From the NCBI GenBank assembly GCA_964276515.1, contig OZ193909.1:12896001-12960000 (forward strand): a DNA stretch of 64,000 bases, in the 5' to 3' direction. The notes beneath the pieces are model-generated. The model was not told the DNA's origin, made no database searches, and saw nothing but the letters and a program-made list of their open reading frames with translations. Source of the DNA: Gordius albopunctatus. Its lineage: Eukaryota. This document shows positions 10,907-23,600 of the stretch, piece by piece (position 1 is the first letter of the stretch; every line of letters starts with the position of its first letter). The position numbers and the translations under genes were made by a program.

Positions 10907-13900
10907 ATGGGCATTCTTTTCATGTATTTTGATCCCGACAATAAAAATTGTCTCTACAAGCTCGTCATGGTACAAAGTAGGGACGAAGCGCTGGATAAAC
11001 CATCGGAATCGGCTGATTTTTGGGATTCAGACGATAACATCATAAGTGGTAAGCAAAATTGCTTTAAAAGTCCTTTAGGGGGGCGGGCAAAATAGAGGGT
11101 TATTTCCCCTACCCCGCATGATAAAAATATTTTTTTAAATATATTAAAGCAAATAGAAATGGGATTGAAATTACAGCTCATTACTTACATGAAAATTGTA
11201 TTAGTGATTTAAAATTGGGCACTGGGTAAAAATGGCAATACGATTAAAAAGGAATTAATGAATAAAGTCGTTAAATCATATAAAATTTTAACAAAATATA
11301 TGATTTTTGCATTAAAGTTTCGTTTAAATTTGACTAGTTACTATAAACTTTAATTAACTAGAATTTTATTTACGATTTTTTAAATTGATTATATATATAA
11401 AACTCGGGCCTTCGGCCCTCGTGGGAAGGGGGAAGGGGAGGGAAGGGGGAACTCATCTACACTCCGTATAAATGTATCATATTTGCTATGCAATTTATGG
11501 GCGAGAAAGGTGGGAAGGGGTGAGATTTTTTCTTTTTATCATGCCATTTGTAAAACGCAATGAAAAATGGCTAGCAATAGCCCCTCTCCGACTAGCCCCG
11601 ACCCCTATTTTAATAAACAATTAATAATGTAGATAAATGAAAGACAAAACCTAATTTTATGCCAGAACACAAAAAAACAAAATATAGTAATCTTTAAAAT
11701 AAATAATTCAATGTGTAAAAATGTATATGAAAGAATATTAATGTTGAAAACCTAAACACTAGCACATGCAAAAAACAATCATGAACAAAATATCACATTT
11801 GAGAATAAATAAAAATATTACATTAGTTTTTATGGCCTCTAGTGATTATGGGTCTAACAAACATTATATTATAAAACACCACAATGTTAAGAATTTGCAG
11901 AATTGTTGGGGGAAATTTTTTGTTGAATTTGAACAATTTTTAATTAAAAAAATCAAAAATTTGGCCAATGGTCATTTCTTCTGCATTGGTCAGTACCAAC
12001 AGATACTCTATAAGTCAATGATAGCCAAAAAAACGGAAAAAAATTTTGATGCTCACTTTGGCCAATGGTCATTTTTTCCCATTGGTCAGCAGCCAGCACA
12101 CGGTAAAAGTGGATATAAATTCATAAGAGTAAAAAAAAACGAAAAAAAAATTTTCGAATCACATTTTGGCCAAAGGTCATTTTTTCCATTGGTCAGCAGC
12201 CAGGACACGGTAAAAGTGGATATAAATTCATAATAGTCAAAAAAAAACGAAAAAAAAGATTTCGAATCACATTTTGGCCAATGGTTATTTTATTCCATTG
12301 GTCAGCAGCCAGCGGACGGCCAAAAAGTCATAATAGCAATGGTAGGAACAGGAACAATCATAATAGTCAAAAAAAACGGAAAAAATAATTTCGATTCACA
12401 TTTTGGCCAATGGTTATTTTTTTCCATTGGTCAGCAGCCAGGACACGGTAAAAGTGGATATAAATTCATAACAGTCAAAAAAAACGAAAAAAAAATTTTC
12501 CAATCACATTTTGGCCAATGGTCATTTTATTCCATTGGTCAGCAGCCAGCGGACGGCCAAAAAGTCATAATAGCAATGGTAGGAACAGGAATAATCATAA
12601 TATTCAAAAAAACGAAAAAATAAACTCGGATACACATTTTGGCCAATGGTCATTTTTTTCATTGGTCAGCAGCCAGCGGACGGCCAAAAAGTCTTATTAT
12701 CATTGATAGTAACAAGAACAATCATAAGAGTCAAAAAAAACTCCGGGATTCTAACCCAAAAACTAGATAAATTGCATAGCAATTATTAAAAAGTATAGGG
12801 TAATTATCAATGTTAACCTATTCAAAAACGAAAATAATGATTTTGGGAGGAGCATTTTGAAATTTTAGCCTTTACTTAAGCAATATGGCCAATGTTCATT
12901 TTTTTTATTGGTCAGTACCAAGAGACGGTCTATAAATATATGCGAGTCAAAAAAGCGAAAAAAAATTTCGAATCACAATTTGGCTAATGGTCATTTTTTT
13001 TCCATTGATCCGTACCAAGAGACTGTCTATAAATACATACGAGTCAAAAAAACGAAAAAAAATTTTAAATCACAATTTGGCCAATAATCATTTTTTATAT
13101 TGATCAGTACCAAGAGACGGTCTATAAATACATACGAATCAAAAAAAAACGAAAAAAAAATTTCGATCCACACTTTGGCCAATGGTCATTTTTTCCCATT
13201 GGTCAGTACCAACAGATGGTCTATAAAGCAATGTTAGCCAAAAAAAACGAAAAAAATTTTTTATTCACACTTTGGCCAATGGTCATTTTTTTCATTGGTC
13301 AGCAGCCGGCGGACGGCCAAAAAGTCATATTATTAATGGTACGAACAATTAATTTTAAAAATTTTTTGGCCTCTCCGGGATTCGAACCCACATCAGTAGA
13401 AGAGAGGCATACTCCTTTGTAGGAGGGCGGGGCACAGGGACCCATATCAGGAGAGGCATAGGCCCATCTAGGAGAGGGCGTCTATAAATCAATGTTAGTC
13501 AAAAATAAACGAAAAAAAATTTGCTTTACACTTTGGCCAATGGTCATTTTTTGCCATTAGTCAGTAGCCAGCGGACGGGCAAAAGCTATATTATGAATGG
13601 TACCAACAATAACTATATATTAATTTAAAAAAAAATATATAAAAAAATTTCACTTTGGCCAATGGTCATTTTTTTCCATTGGTCAGTAGCCAGCGGACAG
13701 CCAATAAGCCATATTATCAATGGTAGTAACAAGAACAATATATTAATTTAAAAAAAATTAAAAATAAAATTTGGCAGATTTGAACCCACAAACTAGTTAA
13801 ATTATAATACGAACAAAAAATAAACAACGTGACATTCGGTGCGTGACACGAACAGCGTGACATAAACAAATGGAAAGTGAGCCCATAAATTGCATAGCAA

Positions 13901-16900
13901 TTAATATAATACATTACTTTTAAATTTGAAAAAAACAGTATTTACAAAATAATGAATTTGACCTCTCGTTAATGATATACGAAAAATGGAAAATTTATTC
14001 AATATGACGTGTCTTTTTAGTTTAATAACTATAAGTTTATTTATTTAAAATATCATTTTAAAGTTAAGATTATTAGCGATACAATAATATTGAACACCAC
14101 TTTGTTGCTTGCAATAATTTTGGTCAAAAAAATCCTTCACTACACTGACTTATCCAAGATTTTACCTGGGAAAAGGCAAAAATGTATTGATTTAGAAATA
14201 AAAATGATTATTTTTTGAAATTTTAACCTACTTTTGTTTATATTAACTTATAAATCATTCGAGTGTTAAATGTCATAGAAGACTTTGTTTGGATTTTCTG
14301 AAGAATACAATTATAATAAAAACGTGTAGCCAAATTAATAAATCTTTAGACAAGACAATCGTTGAATGCGACTTTTTAGAAATTATTACTATTGATATTT
14401 AGTATAAACTTTTATAATTTATTTACAACCGTGATGTCCGAGGTTCAAGGTTACTTCTATTTAGATGAAGTTTGTGTTAAAATGACATCAAGGTGCTGTG
14501 CCAAAATGTCTTTATTCGTCATTAATTAAATTAATCTTTTTATGACTACCTTGGAACCAGCTTCCCTCATAAAAGTTTATATCGTTAGGTAACAATTATC
14601 CTCCATATATTTTAAAATAATTTTTCATCGAGTTTTGCTATATTATGGTAAAGAATATTAGTGCAAGTAAAGTAGGTGAAGATTCCATTCCAAAGCTATT
14701 TTTTATATCCTAACGACCTAATTTTATATATGGACAATAATCGATCGGTTAAATGTCTCTATATAATCTCAGATTTTGCTTTTTGCGTAGACCCGTTATT
14801 GTGGAAAATTTATTTGTTAGAAGGAACGCCGGTAACATGCCGATTTATTTATTGTGTTTGGATATTAATCCTTTTAACGATATAGAGTAATTTTTATAAA
14901 ATTACCTAAGAAAGCTTGGGTAAATAAAATATCAATATAATTCATCATACACTTCCATCAGCTTTATACATTTAAAATAGTTATCAGCATGAGCGTAGCC
15001 AAGGAGGGAGGGGCGGCTGCCCCCCTTTAAATCCAAAAATTTGTTGATGAATGGCTAAAATTTCAAAAAATGTTCATTTTGCCCCTCCCTCAATCATTAA
15101 TGCCTCCCTCTAATTCCAATGCTGCTACGCCTAAAGACCTGCAACGGGCCTATTTTGCTTGGTCGGCCCGCCCGCTTCGAAAATTTCTAGGCCCGGGTCC
15201 GGCCCGCTGAAAAAAGGAAAATTTGGCCCGGGCCCGGCCCTAAACATTTTTTGCAAAACCCAGGCCCGGCCCGGGCCCGTAGAAAATTTTTTTTTGCAAA
15301 TTTTTAAACGATTGTTATTTTTTTTATTAAAAAGTTAATTCAATATTCAGTAATATATGTTACAAACATCAATAATAATCATGTAAAAACAATAAATCGT
15401 TAATTATTTCCGGTCTTAATAGGGTTCTTCACTCTTCTAATAAGCGACCAGCCGTCAATTCTTACTTATAAAGTATCAATTCAAATTTCGCAGTACTTTT
15501 TGTAAATGTATGAATTAAAAAGGAAAAGTAAGTGCGTTTGTGTTGCGTATTAGGACACAAAAAAATAAATTTAAATTAATAAAAAACAGTTTAAATATAA
15601 GACGTTTGTCTTTGTTTAAGTTCTAATTATTTTAAAGTATTACTAAACAAATAAAATATTAATTATTTTGCAAAGAGCTTTTAACGGTCCTAGCTAAATC
15701 TTGGCCCGGCCCGCTTGATTTGTCGGCCCGCCCAAGCCCGGCCCGCTTGATTTGTCAGCCCGCCCAAGCCCGGCCAGTGGTTTTTTTTAAAGTCCAAAGC
15801 CCGCCCAAACCCGGCCCACGGGCCGGGCCGTGCAGTCTCTAGCTACGCTCATGATTATCAGTTCTACATATAAGAAGTTTGTTAATGAAGTTAGCTGATT
15901 GATAAAAATGAGAGGAAATGAATTCGATGACCATAGAGACCCGTCATCAAGGACAAAAATATGGCTTGAAATATCGGATTCTTTCCTCCCTTAGTCATTT
16001 CAGCAATCAAACCCTATTATTTCCTTCATACAAACTTCCCAATTTGCTCTATGTTGGAATTTTGTGAGCTGTGACCACGAAAATGGATATAGCTAGTTTA
16101 CACTTATGGCTCAGTTTTGAAAACGCAATCTTAAATCTAATGAAACCTATTCTTCCGAAAAGTCTTAATCCAAAAAGTTATAAACACTTTTATTCAAATT
16201 TAGCCCTATATAATTTTTCAAAAACAAGGGCATATAATAAAGTGTAGGTACACAAATATTAAAATCCACAAAGTCTCAAATAATATCAAATAGTCCTGTT
16301 TAAAGTTTTCAAACCATTGAGCATCAATAAACATTTTTTTCCTAAATTAAATAGGTCGTGACCCGTCGCCCACCAAATACGCTACCGAATCGAGCTCTAA
16401 AGTAGGAACTAGTTTTGGGATAGATCTGAGGGGTCGGGTCGGGGCCTTTTTAGAAATAGAGCCAGGGGTAGGCCAACAAAAACATTCACCGGGCGGCACC
16501 GTAGCGCTGCGTCATTTTTTCGATGATGCCCCTCCACTCGAGAAATCAGATGATTCTGGGCGAGGCCGGGGAAAAGATCGTAGTTACGAAAAAGCTTTAC
16601 GAGGGGTCCGCGATGGGTATCAAAAATATCAACCTTTCCAACTGATCACGGGTCAATGCGGATCATACTACGATGTTGCGTTACGAAAATGTCTACTTAA
16701 ACATGCACGGGAAACGGAGTTTGACGTAATATTATAGCATATACTTTAAGTTACCTTTTTATGAGGATTCAACAAAAATACAAAATTAAAAGGAGATTTT
16801 ATTATTAATAAAAGTATTACAAAAATAAAGTATAGTATCTCTTTTATCACTCCTCAGCTATTGTTGGGCGATGCAGGACGTTTTATAATTAAATATTATT

Positions 16901-18227
16901 ATCGGCAAAGTTTAAGGCAATAGTCCCTTCCATTTTTATATACTTCGATATGCAGTTTTTAGCAACTGGCTTGTACAGTTTTCTATCCAATTTTACTCCA
17001 TAAAAACTTTAGGTTAAACAAAATTTAAACGTTATCTTAGTAGGTAAAATATTTTTATTGTTATCAATTAATAATTTGGCATATCGAAAATAATCAATTC
17101 TTTATTCAATCAGTTAGATTAGGATTATGTAATGTTCGTTAAGTGAAATTTAAAAATGTGTTTGTCACCCCGTTTCTAGCAAAATCATCGAATGGGTCAC
17201 GATGATTCAGGATTTTCTGACGAATCCTTTCGCACAAACAGTCCCACAAAGAATTCCTCTACGGAAGGCGAAGAAAATCCTAATGATGGTTGGCGATTTG
17301 ATTACACAAACACGTTATTGAATATTAAGGAGGAGTTGCAACCCTGTCGTGTTCATGCCTTTTGTAATTCTCGTCAAAATCCACATGTTGATTCTAGGTC
17401 AGGAGCTTGGAAAAAGGTTTCAGAGGGTAAAGACCGATTCGAAGCCATACTGAAAGCTTACGGGGGAGATCTCAAAGAACACCGAGCACTGGTTAAAGGC
17501 CTGCTCGAACTCATGAAGGACCATCATTTGTATTTTTAAATTTTTATAATACCTTTTAAACTCGTGTTGTTAGATTGCGGACACATTTAGAAATTTTTTG
17601 AGCAAGGGCACATTGTAATGACTTGGAAATAAAAAGACTCCTCCTTTTTAACAACTGAGGGCAATAAATAATTTGATTTGGTAAATTAGTAATTTCTTTC
17701 ACAAATTTGATGTTTATAGCTAACAAGAAAATGTCTCTTAAACTTTTGAAACGAAGGCTCTTTTTTATTTTAATTATCTACATTTTTTGGGGTAAGGAAT
17801 TCAACTCGAATGTAAATTCGACGTGTTTAATGTGAGGTAATCCTCATGTCCGCCCTTCTTTTAAATACAACAATTAGCACATTAAGTACTTAAATAAAAT
17901 TAACAGACATTATGTTTTCTTAGCTATTTGCCCGATCGCAACTTGGAAAACGAATTGGCATCGTTAGATTACGGACCCGAGGAAGTTAAAAACATGAGCT
18001 CGATCTTTATAAATCCTACACCTCTAAATCATAATGGCGACCCCTCATCGAACAAGATCCCAGCATCTCAGTATTACGGTACTCGTACTATAAATGTACT
18101 CGTCATCGACTCTAAAAATAATGTCGATTTTATGGAGAGTCGACTCCACTATCCCGTCTGCCTGAAAAACCAAGTTTGGAATCCAACCAAATTTTCCTTT
18201 AATTTAAAAGTCGGTTCTCACATATAA
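10907..18227 (+). CDS. TANGO2: TANGO2/NRDE-family protein, divergent, 4 coding exons
   Basis: In-phase exons 10907-11048, 16355-16725, 17180-17529, 17924-18227. MGILFMYFDP..YKLVMVQSRDE..PS..ADFW..IISG|RD..GTSFGI..RGRVGA; WKKVSEGKDRF; YGTRTINVLVIDSKNNVDFMESR. Confidence 0.85.
11941..13700 (+). repeat. Tandem array of about 14 units (about 95-130 bp) with core TTGGCCAATGG-TCAT(n)-CCATTGGTCAG
   Basis: Cores near 11963, 12060, 12167, 12276, 12405, 12513, 12641, 12887, 12981, 13079, 13177, 13273, 13534, 13657; three spacer subtypes. Confidence 0.95.
14988..15853. mobile_element. CATGGGCGTAG-family MITE containing a nested MITE
   Basis: CATGAGCGTAGC...GCTACGCTCATG; TSD GTTATCAG/ATTATCAG. Confidence 0.85.
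15132..15841. mobile_element. hAT-type MITE with GGCCCG subterminal repeats, inserted in the right TIR of the host MITE
   Basis: TAAAGACCTGCA...TGCAGTCTCTA termini; TSD GCTACGCC/GCTACGCT; many GGCCCG/CGGGCC motifs. Confidence 0.85.
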
Positions 18228-20643
18228 ATAGTTTTTAAACCTGCGCAATATATTTATTAATTTATGTATTTATTAACAAAACTATCTTTGTCTAAATCCC
18301 ACAAAATGTCAATTCTTCCTCATAAATTCCATGCATTTCATGAACAATGTGTCCCTTTTAAGAGAACCGTAAATCTCATCGTAATTTTCTCTCAAAGCCA
18401 TACCGTGGTCCAAATTCAAAACGACAATGTTTTTTTTATCCATATATGATCCCCAACAAAAATTTTTAGCCTATAACAAAGCCATCCTATGACCGTATGT
18501 AAAAAAACGTAGATTCATATAACACTATAAAAATTTTGAATTGAATGCATTGTAAAAAACACCTAATTTTGCTATTACAAGAAAAATAATATTTAATTGA
18601 ACAAGTTTTGCATACTCTCATATGACTACCGTTTTAAAGATAAATAGAATTTAATTTTTTTTTAAAAATCAATTTATTTTAGAAATCTCGTAGAATATAT
18701 TTAGCTAGTGATACTGTAGCACTACAGTAAAAATCTTATTTGTAATCGCATATAATTCTTTTTTATATGAATTTTATTGAACCAAAAAATGTTTAAGGAT
18801 TTAGTAAAAGTTTACACATAAACTTAAATTAGATTATGATGCCATTTGACTCAATACTCTGTTCATCAATTTTGCTTCTCTATTTTATAATTAAGGAAAA
18901 ACGTTTTTAATTAAAAAATAATGATTTTCACTTTAGTAAAAGAAACATTGTGGTCAATTGTTGACATTTATTTCAAACCACAAATGACAGTATTATCAAA
19001 TAATTAGTACAAAAGAAAATAGCATTGTATGGGCTCGCCTTCAAAAAATTTGGACCTCATTCAAAATAACATTATCCGATTTATAAATTTAGACTGTAGG
19101 GCGTGTTTCTTTTGTCCGAAAACCTTTTATTTCTTACAGATTATAATAGTCGAATCATTGATTTAAAATAGCGAAATATACATATATTTATACATTTGAT
19201 AATATTCAAAAAGTAATTTAGCTGTGTTAAATATCTTGTATAATTGAATAACAAATTAGAGTTTAATAACCCTTATAGCTATTAAAATCTGCTTTCACTC
19301 AACCATAATAGAAGAATCATCGTTAGGTTTTAAAGCTTACAAGGTACAATACAAATTCCGTGTAAGCAGGTTAAAATTGTAATAACGAATAACTCATTTC
19401 AAAAATACCTGGCTAAACATAGATTAAAAGCGCTTTAAAAAAGATAATAGGCATTGGTTAGATTGCACTTTGTGATGCCTAAATTTAGATCAGTAAAACA
19501 CAAAGAATTTCGTATCTAATTTGGTTATGTGCAAAGAAGCGTATAACTGTTTTGTATGTATAGTGATGATTGTTGAGGAGATGTGCAATATTTGAAATAT
19601 TAAAGGGGCTTCAAGGTTGTCAAAAGTAAGACGTGTCTAGATTTATCAAAATACGAATTGTAGGATGATGTTAAAATAGACGAAAAGAAACTTTTTTAAA
19701 CATTAAACCTGTCCACGATTGAGGCAAACGCAAATAATAAGTGTTCCAAAATTTGTAAAAATGAGCTTTTGAATATGAATCGTCGGAGATGCAATTAAAT
19801 TTGACATTCTATCACAGATTGAAACATGCTTCAGGTTTGTTAATAATATGTACTTGTTATTCGGCAAAAAATCTGTTGGAGCTAATAGGTAGGAGGGATT
19901 GGACTAATGTCGATAATATATCTTAAAATCAATTTAAGATCATTTGGGGATATGGTGCGCTACAAGAAATTAAAGTTTAGGGGGTATTATGAAAGCGTTA
20001 CAAGTATTTATAAAAAAGCAACAAAATGCAAGAGAGTAGTGTCTAAATATATATGGTCCTAATAAATAATTGCATTAAATGCTCGCACGTAATATCGCTA
20101 TAGTTTCCTATTTGGAAAAAGCAAAACATAGACTTAAACCTAAATAAGGAAAAACGTTGCGGGCCGGATATATACTTAAAGGACAATGGTCACCAGTAGT
20201 TATTAATAAGTGCCTAGATGATGTACGAAATAAATATGCTAACATGGTGTTCTGCCTTAAATACAAAAATATAATCAAGTGGTCGTGCAAACATGTTGAA
20301 ATTTTAATTCAACCACCGTTGTAAGGAAGAAAAGTAATGATGAAATTGCTATTTGGGCATCGCACATATTAAATGTGGGTATTTATCGTATACCCTAAAA
20401 CTGATATTAAAACTCGGGTGGGTTCTATGTGGGTTAATGGTTGGGTGTGCAAATGACAACAAAGACTGGAATAGTGCGTAATAATGAGAATATTATTTGC
20501 GTCAAAGAAACTATTTATCCAAAACATACCTAAATCATATATTGACATATTATATAAATACAAGACAAAATTACAAATGTTATGTGATACAAACGTATTA
20601 TGTATAAATTTAAAATTCATAGGTCAATACAAATAAATGTCAA

Positions 20644-23600
20644 TTAATGCTTTCTCTTAGATCCCCTAGGAAAACTGTAGTGCTTATCCAAAGTTTCTAT
20701 ATTCTGTGTTTCTGACATCCAAAAAAATATTTTCATTACATAATACAAAGTGGGTGCAGGTTGGGTGGAATCACTTTCTATCAGAAGGTAAATAATATAA
20801 GTAGTCTTTCTTGTATCACATAAAAATATGGTATGCATGTGATGAAAAATTTGTAGTGCTGAATGCACAAATTAATTATAAAATAGTGAAATGTATGATT
20901 TAAATTCACAAACATTAAAACATAAAAAAGTTTCAAAATATCGTCTGCTTTACCATTGCCACTAATTAAATGCGGAGGCATGATTGTGTAATTCGCGAGT
21001 GTTATAGCTTTTAGGGCATTAGCCGTGGTATCAAACTCAGCAATAGCGTATTCGCATGGTACATCTGTTACAACTTTGACTCCTTAGAAGTAATATACAG
21101 GAATTTAGAACGAAAAGATGAAATTAGCATACAACAACTGTGTGTAAGTCACGAATTTTTAACAAATAGCGCCATAGTACTTTCTATGGAGAACTGTTTA
21201 CCTTACTTGAGGCTGTGGAATGTATATAACAAAACCTAAGGCTATTTTAAAATCATGTATAAACCTTCGAGGGCTATTCCCGCATTAGGCGACGTGGAAC
21301 TTATTTTGTGGGTGGCCAAATCAAAGCTAGACACCTCGCTTGGTTCAGGTATGCCTAGCACGCGAAACCGTTGCTTAACGTCGGATCGATTATACCCGGG
21401 CGGGAGGTTACACAACAAAAGTTTATTACACGGAGAATGATCCCAAACGAATGACTTAGGTGGTTCCAAGCATACCATAAGAGCCATTATTTCAGCTGGA
21501 ATTTTTATTTCGCACAATGCTCCATTACTTGAATTAGAAAAGTACACAGTCAATTTATTGAAAAATTGTAAGATCAAATAAATAACGCGAATACACAAAT
21601 AAATTCAAAGAATTTATATTTATACGCCGCCGCACTTATAGCCGTGAATGAGCAAATATCGAATAAATTCAACAAAAATAGGATTTAATTAAACGCATTG
21701 CCATAAGCCCAATAAACTCATATAAAAGTATCGACATCATAGTAGGTTACAGCAAAATATTGTCACAGAACTATTGAATGAGATTTGATAAAAATAAATT
21801 AATTCATATTTAAGTGCATATAATAAAGGTGGTAGCGGCTATGAAGTCTAAAAAGTCTGTATTACTTAAAAAAACAACATCATTTAAAAACCCATCTGCA
21901 TTCGTTTAACCGGGTTATTAAGGTAGCATTCGGCGTTATGCTTATGATTGATAGGAATGGGATTTTTGCATATTAACATTACTAGTTTACCTCTTACTCC
22001 TGCTCAACCCATTGACGTCTCCTAACCCCTTTTCGGTGGCCATTAAACAGCTGACATCTTTGGATTGAAAGTCATCACGGTAGGAAACGGTACCGTCGGG
22101 TAGATTGAAGCAAGAAGCGGGATTACTGGGTACCCTTATGCCCCCACCGCCTCCAAAAGACGATACGGTACCCAGAGAAACAGCTGATTTAGATATTGCG
22201 ACGCTCAATCTCGTCGTAAAACCGTCCCAAACCAATGCCGGTAGCGTGTTGACGTGAGTTATGATACGGGCCAAACAAGCCCCATCCTTAACCTCAACCA
22301 TGGCACAACCTTCTTTACTCTTCAAGAATTTGATCTAAGCCCGCATACACGAGAAAAATATCCACTTTAAATTTGTCGTTCAAACGTTAAGCTTTATAAG
22401 ATATTCCTTTAGCCATATAGTTTAATTTTTGATGGAAGGCATTCATTATAGATTAGCAAAATGTCATGCCTAAATGACACTTTTAAACCAATAAAACTTA
22501 GTATTTGACGTGGATGCGAATTAATTTTTAATTATACAAAATTATATATGACTAGCGGGCTAGGTTATGGAGGTGTGGAATCCTTAATTAATTTTTGATG
22601 GTTAATAACACATGGGCCTAGAGGCGCACCTAGTTAGCCGCGTCAATCAAAAAATTAACTGAAAACACATAAAATATATCGAATTTACATTTCACCGTTT
22701 GGAAAAATTAATAAATCCATCCTCCATGAAAATATATCATTCCATTCCGTCGATATTTACAATTTTTTATAGTATAGGAGGAGACTAAATTATTCTTTAA
22801 TTCTAACCACGAACCAAAAGGTCGGTGTTTAAAAACAAGAACAAAAAGAATGAAACGTATCACGCTAAACCTTATTAACTACGGCGTACACAGAGAAGAG
22901 ATTGAAGAGGCGATCGCAATTCAGGTGGCCCGAGTCGATACCATACACCATAATTACGCGGAGTACCGTTTTATCTGCCGTACCGTTGAGAGCCTTATCG
23001 ACAACACCCTTTCGTTCCAGGGAAATGAGTTGGGTAGACGATTTGTGCTGGGGCAACGAGAGTGACATCAAAGGCTGCAATTTAGAGCCACCAACCGCTG
23101 CCTGGGGCTGAGGCGATGCCAATAGATATGGAGTCCCGGGCGTGGCTTGATTCATAAGGGGCACACTATTGGTGGTTAGAATAACGCGTTAAATATGCAA
23201 ACGCCTAGAATAGTTTTACAGAGTTGAAATTTTGTAAAACACGTCTACAATTCATTTCGCCTTTAGATATTTCAACCAACTAGAGCCAGATTTGTAATTA
23301 TATTAAAAAGTTTTAGACATCCCTCCTACACTAATGCATCCATAATATGTTGTATAAAGACCTGGGGTTTGTTTAGTAGAACTTTGATTCAACTATGACT
23401 AACGGCCGACTTAGCAAAACAGAACAAAATCCTCAGGTCTGTTTTTCCATTTCGACTAAACCTACAGGTCGACTAAGAAAAATAGACGAAAGGTTTTGTT
23501 TATCGTCTAACACCATAGGTCTTTTTACAACACTGATCCATAGTATGTTGAACCATCTGTGATAACGTGATTAGGCCATTAACGTTGGTTTAAAGCACAA

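Noticed and set aside
13368..13395. tRNA gene suggested by an antisense GGTTCGAATCCC B box (similar at about 62245-62270)
   Set aside because: Only a T-arm-like fragment; no cloverleaf or anticodon arm can be built
11766..13422. ORFs with repeated HFGQW motifs
   Set aside because: Translations of the DNA repeat; variable A/T-run lengths shift frame between units
11941..13700. CRISPR array
   Set aside because: Spacers recur as three types rather than being unique, there are no cas genes, and the context is a eukaryotic intron
14290..14335. Second hammerhead-like motif (CTGAAGA...AAAACGTGTA)
   Set aside because: GAAA box and helix II are not intact; chance match is likely in AT-rich DNA
18264..20620. 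Small ORFs between TANGO2 and hnRNP L
   Set aside because: AT-rich ORFs without motifs or coherent splice structure; more likely 3' UTR or intergenic DNA
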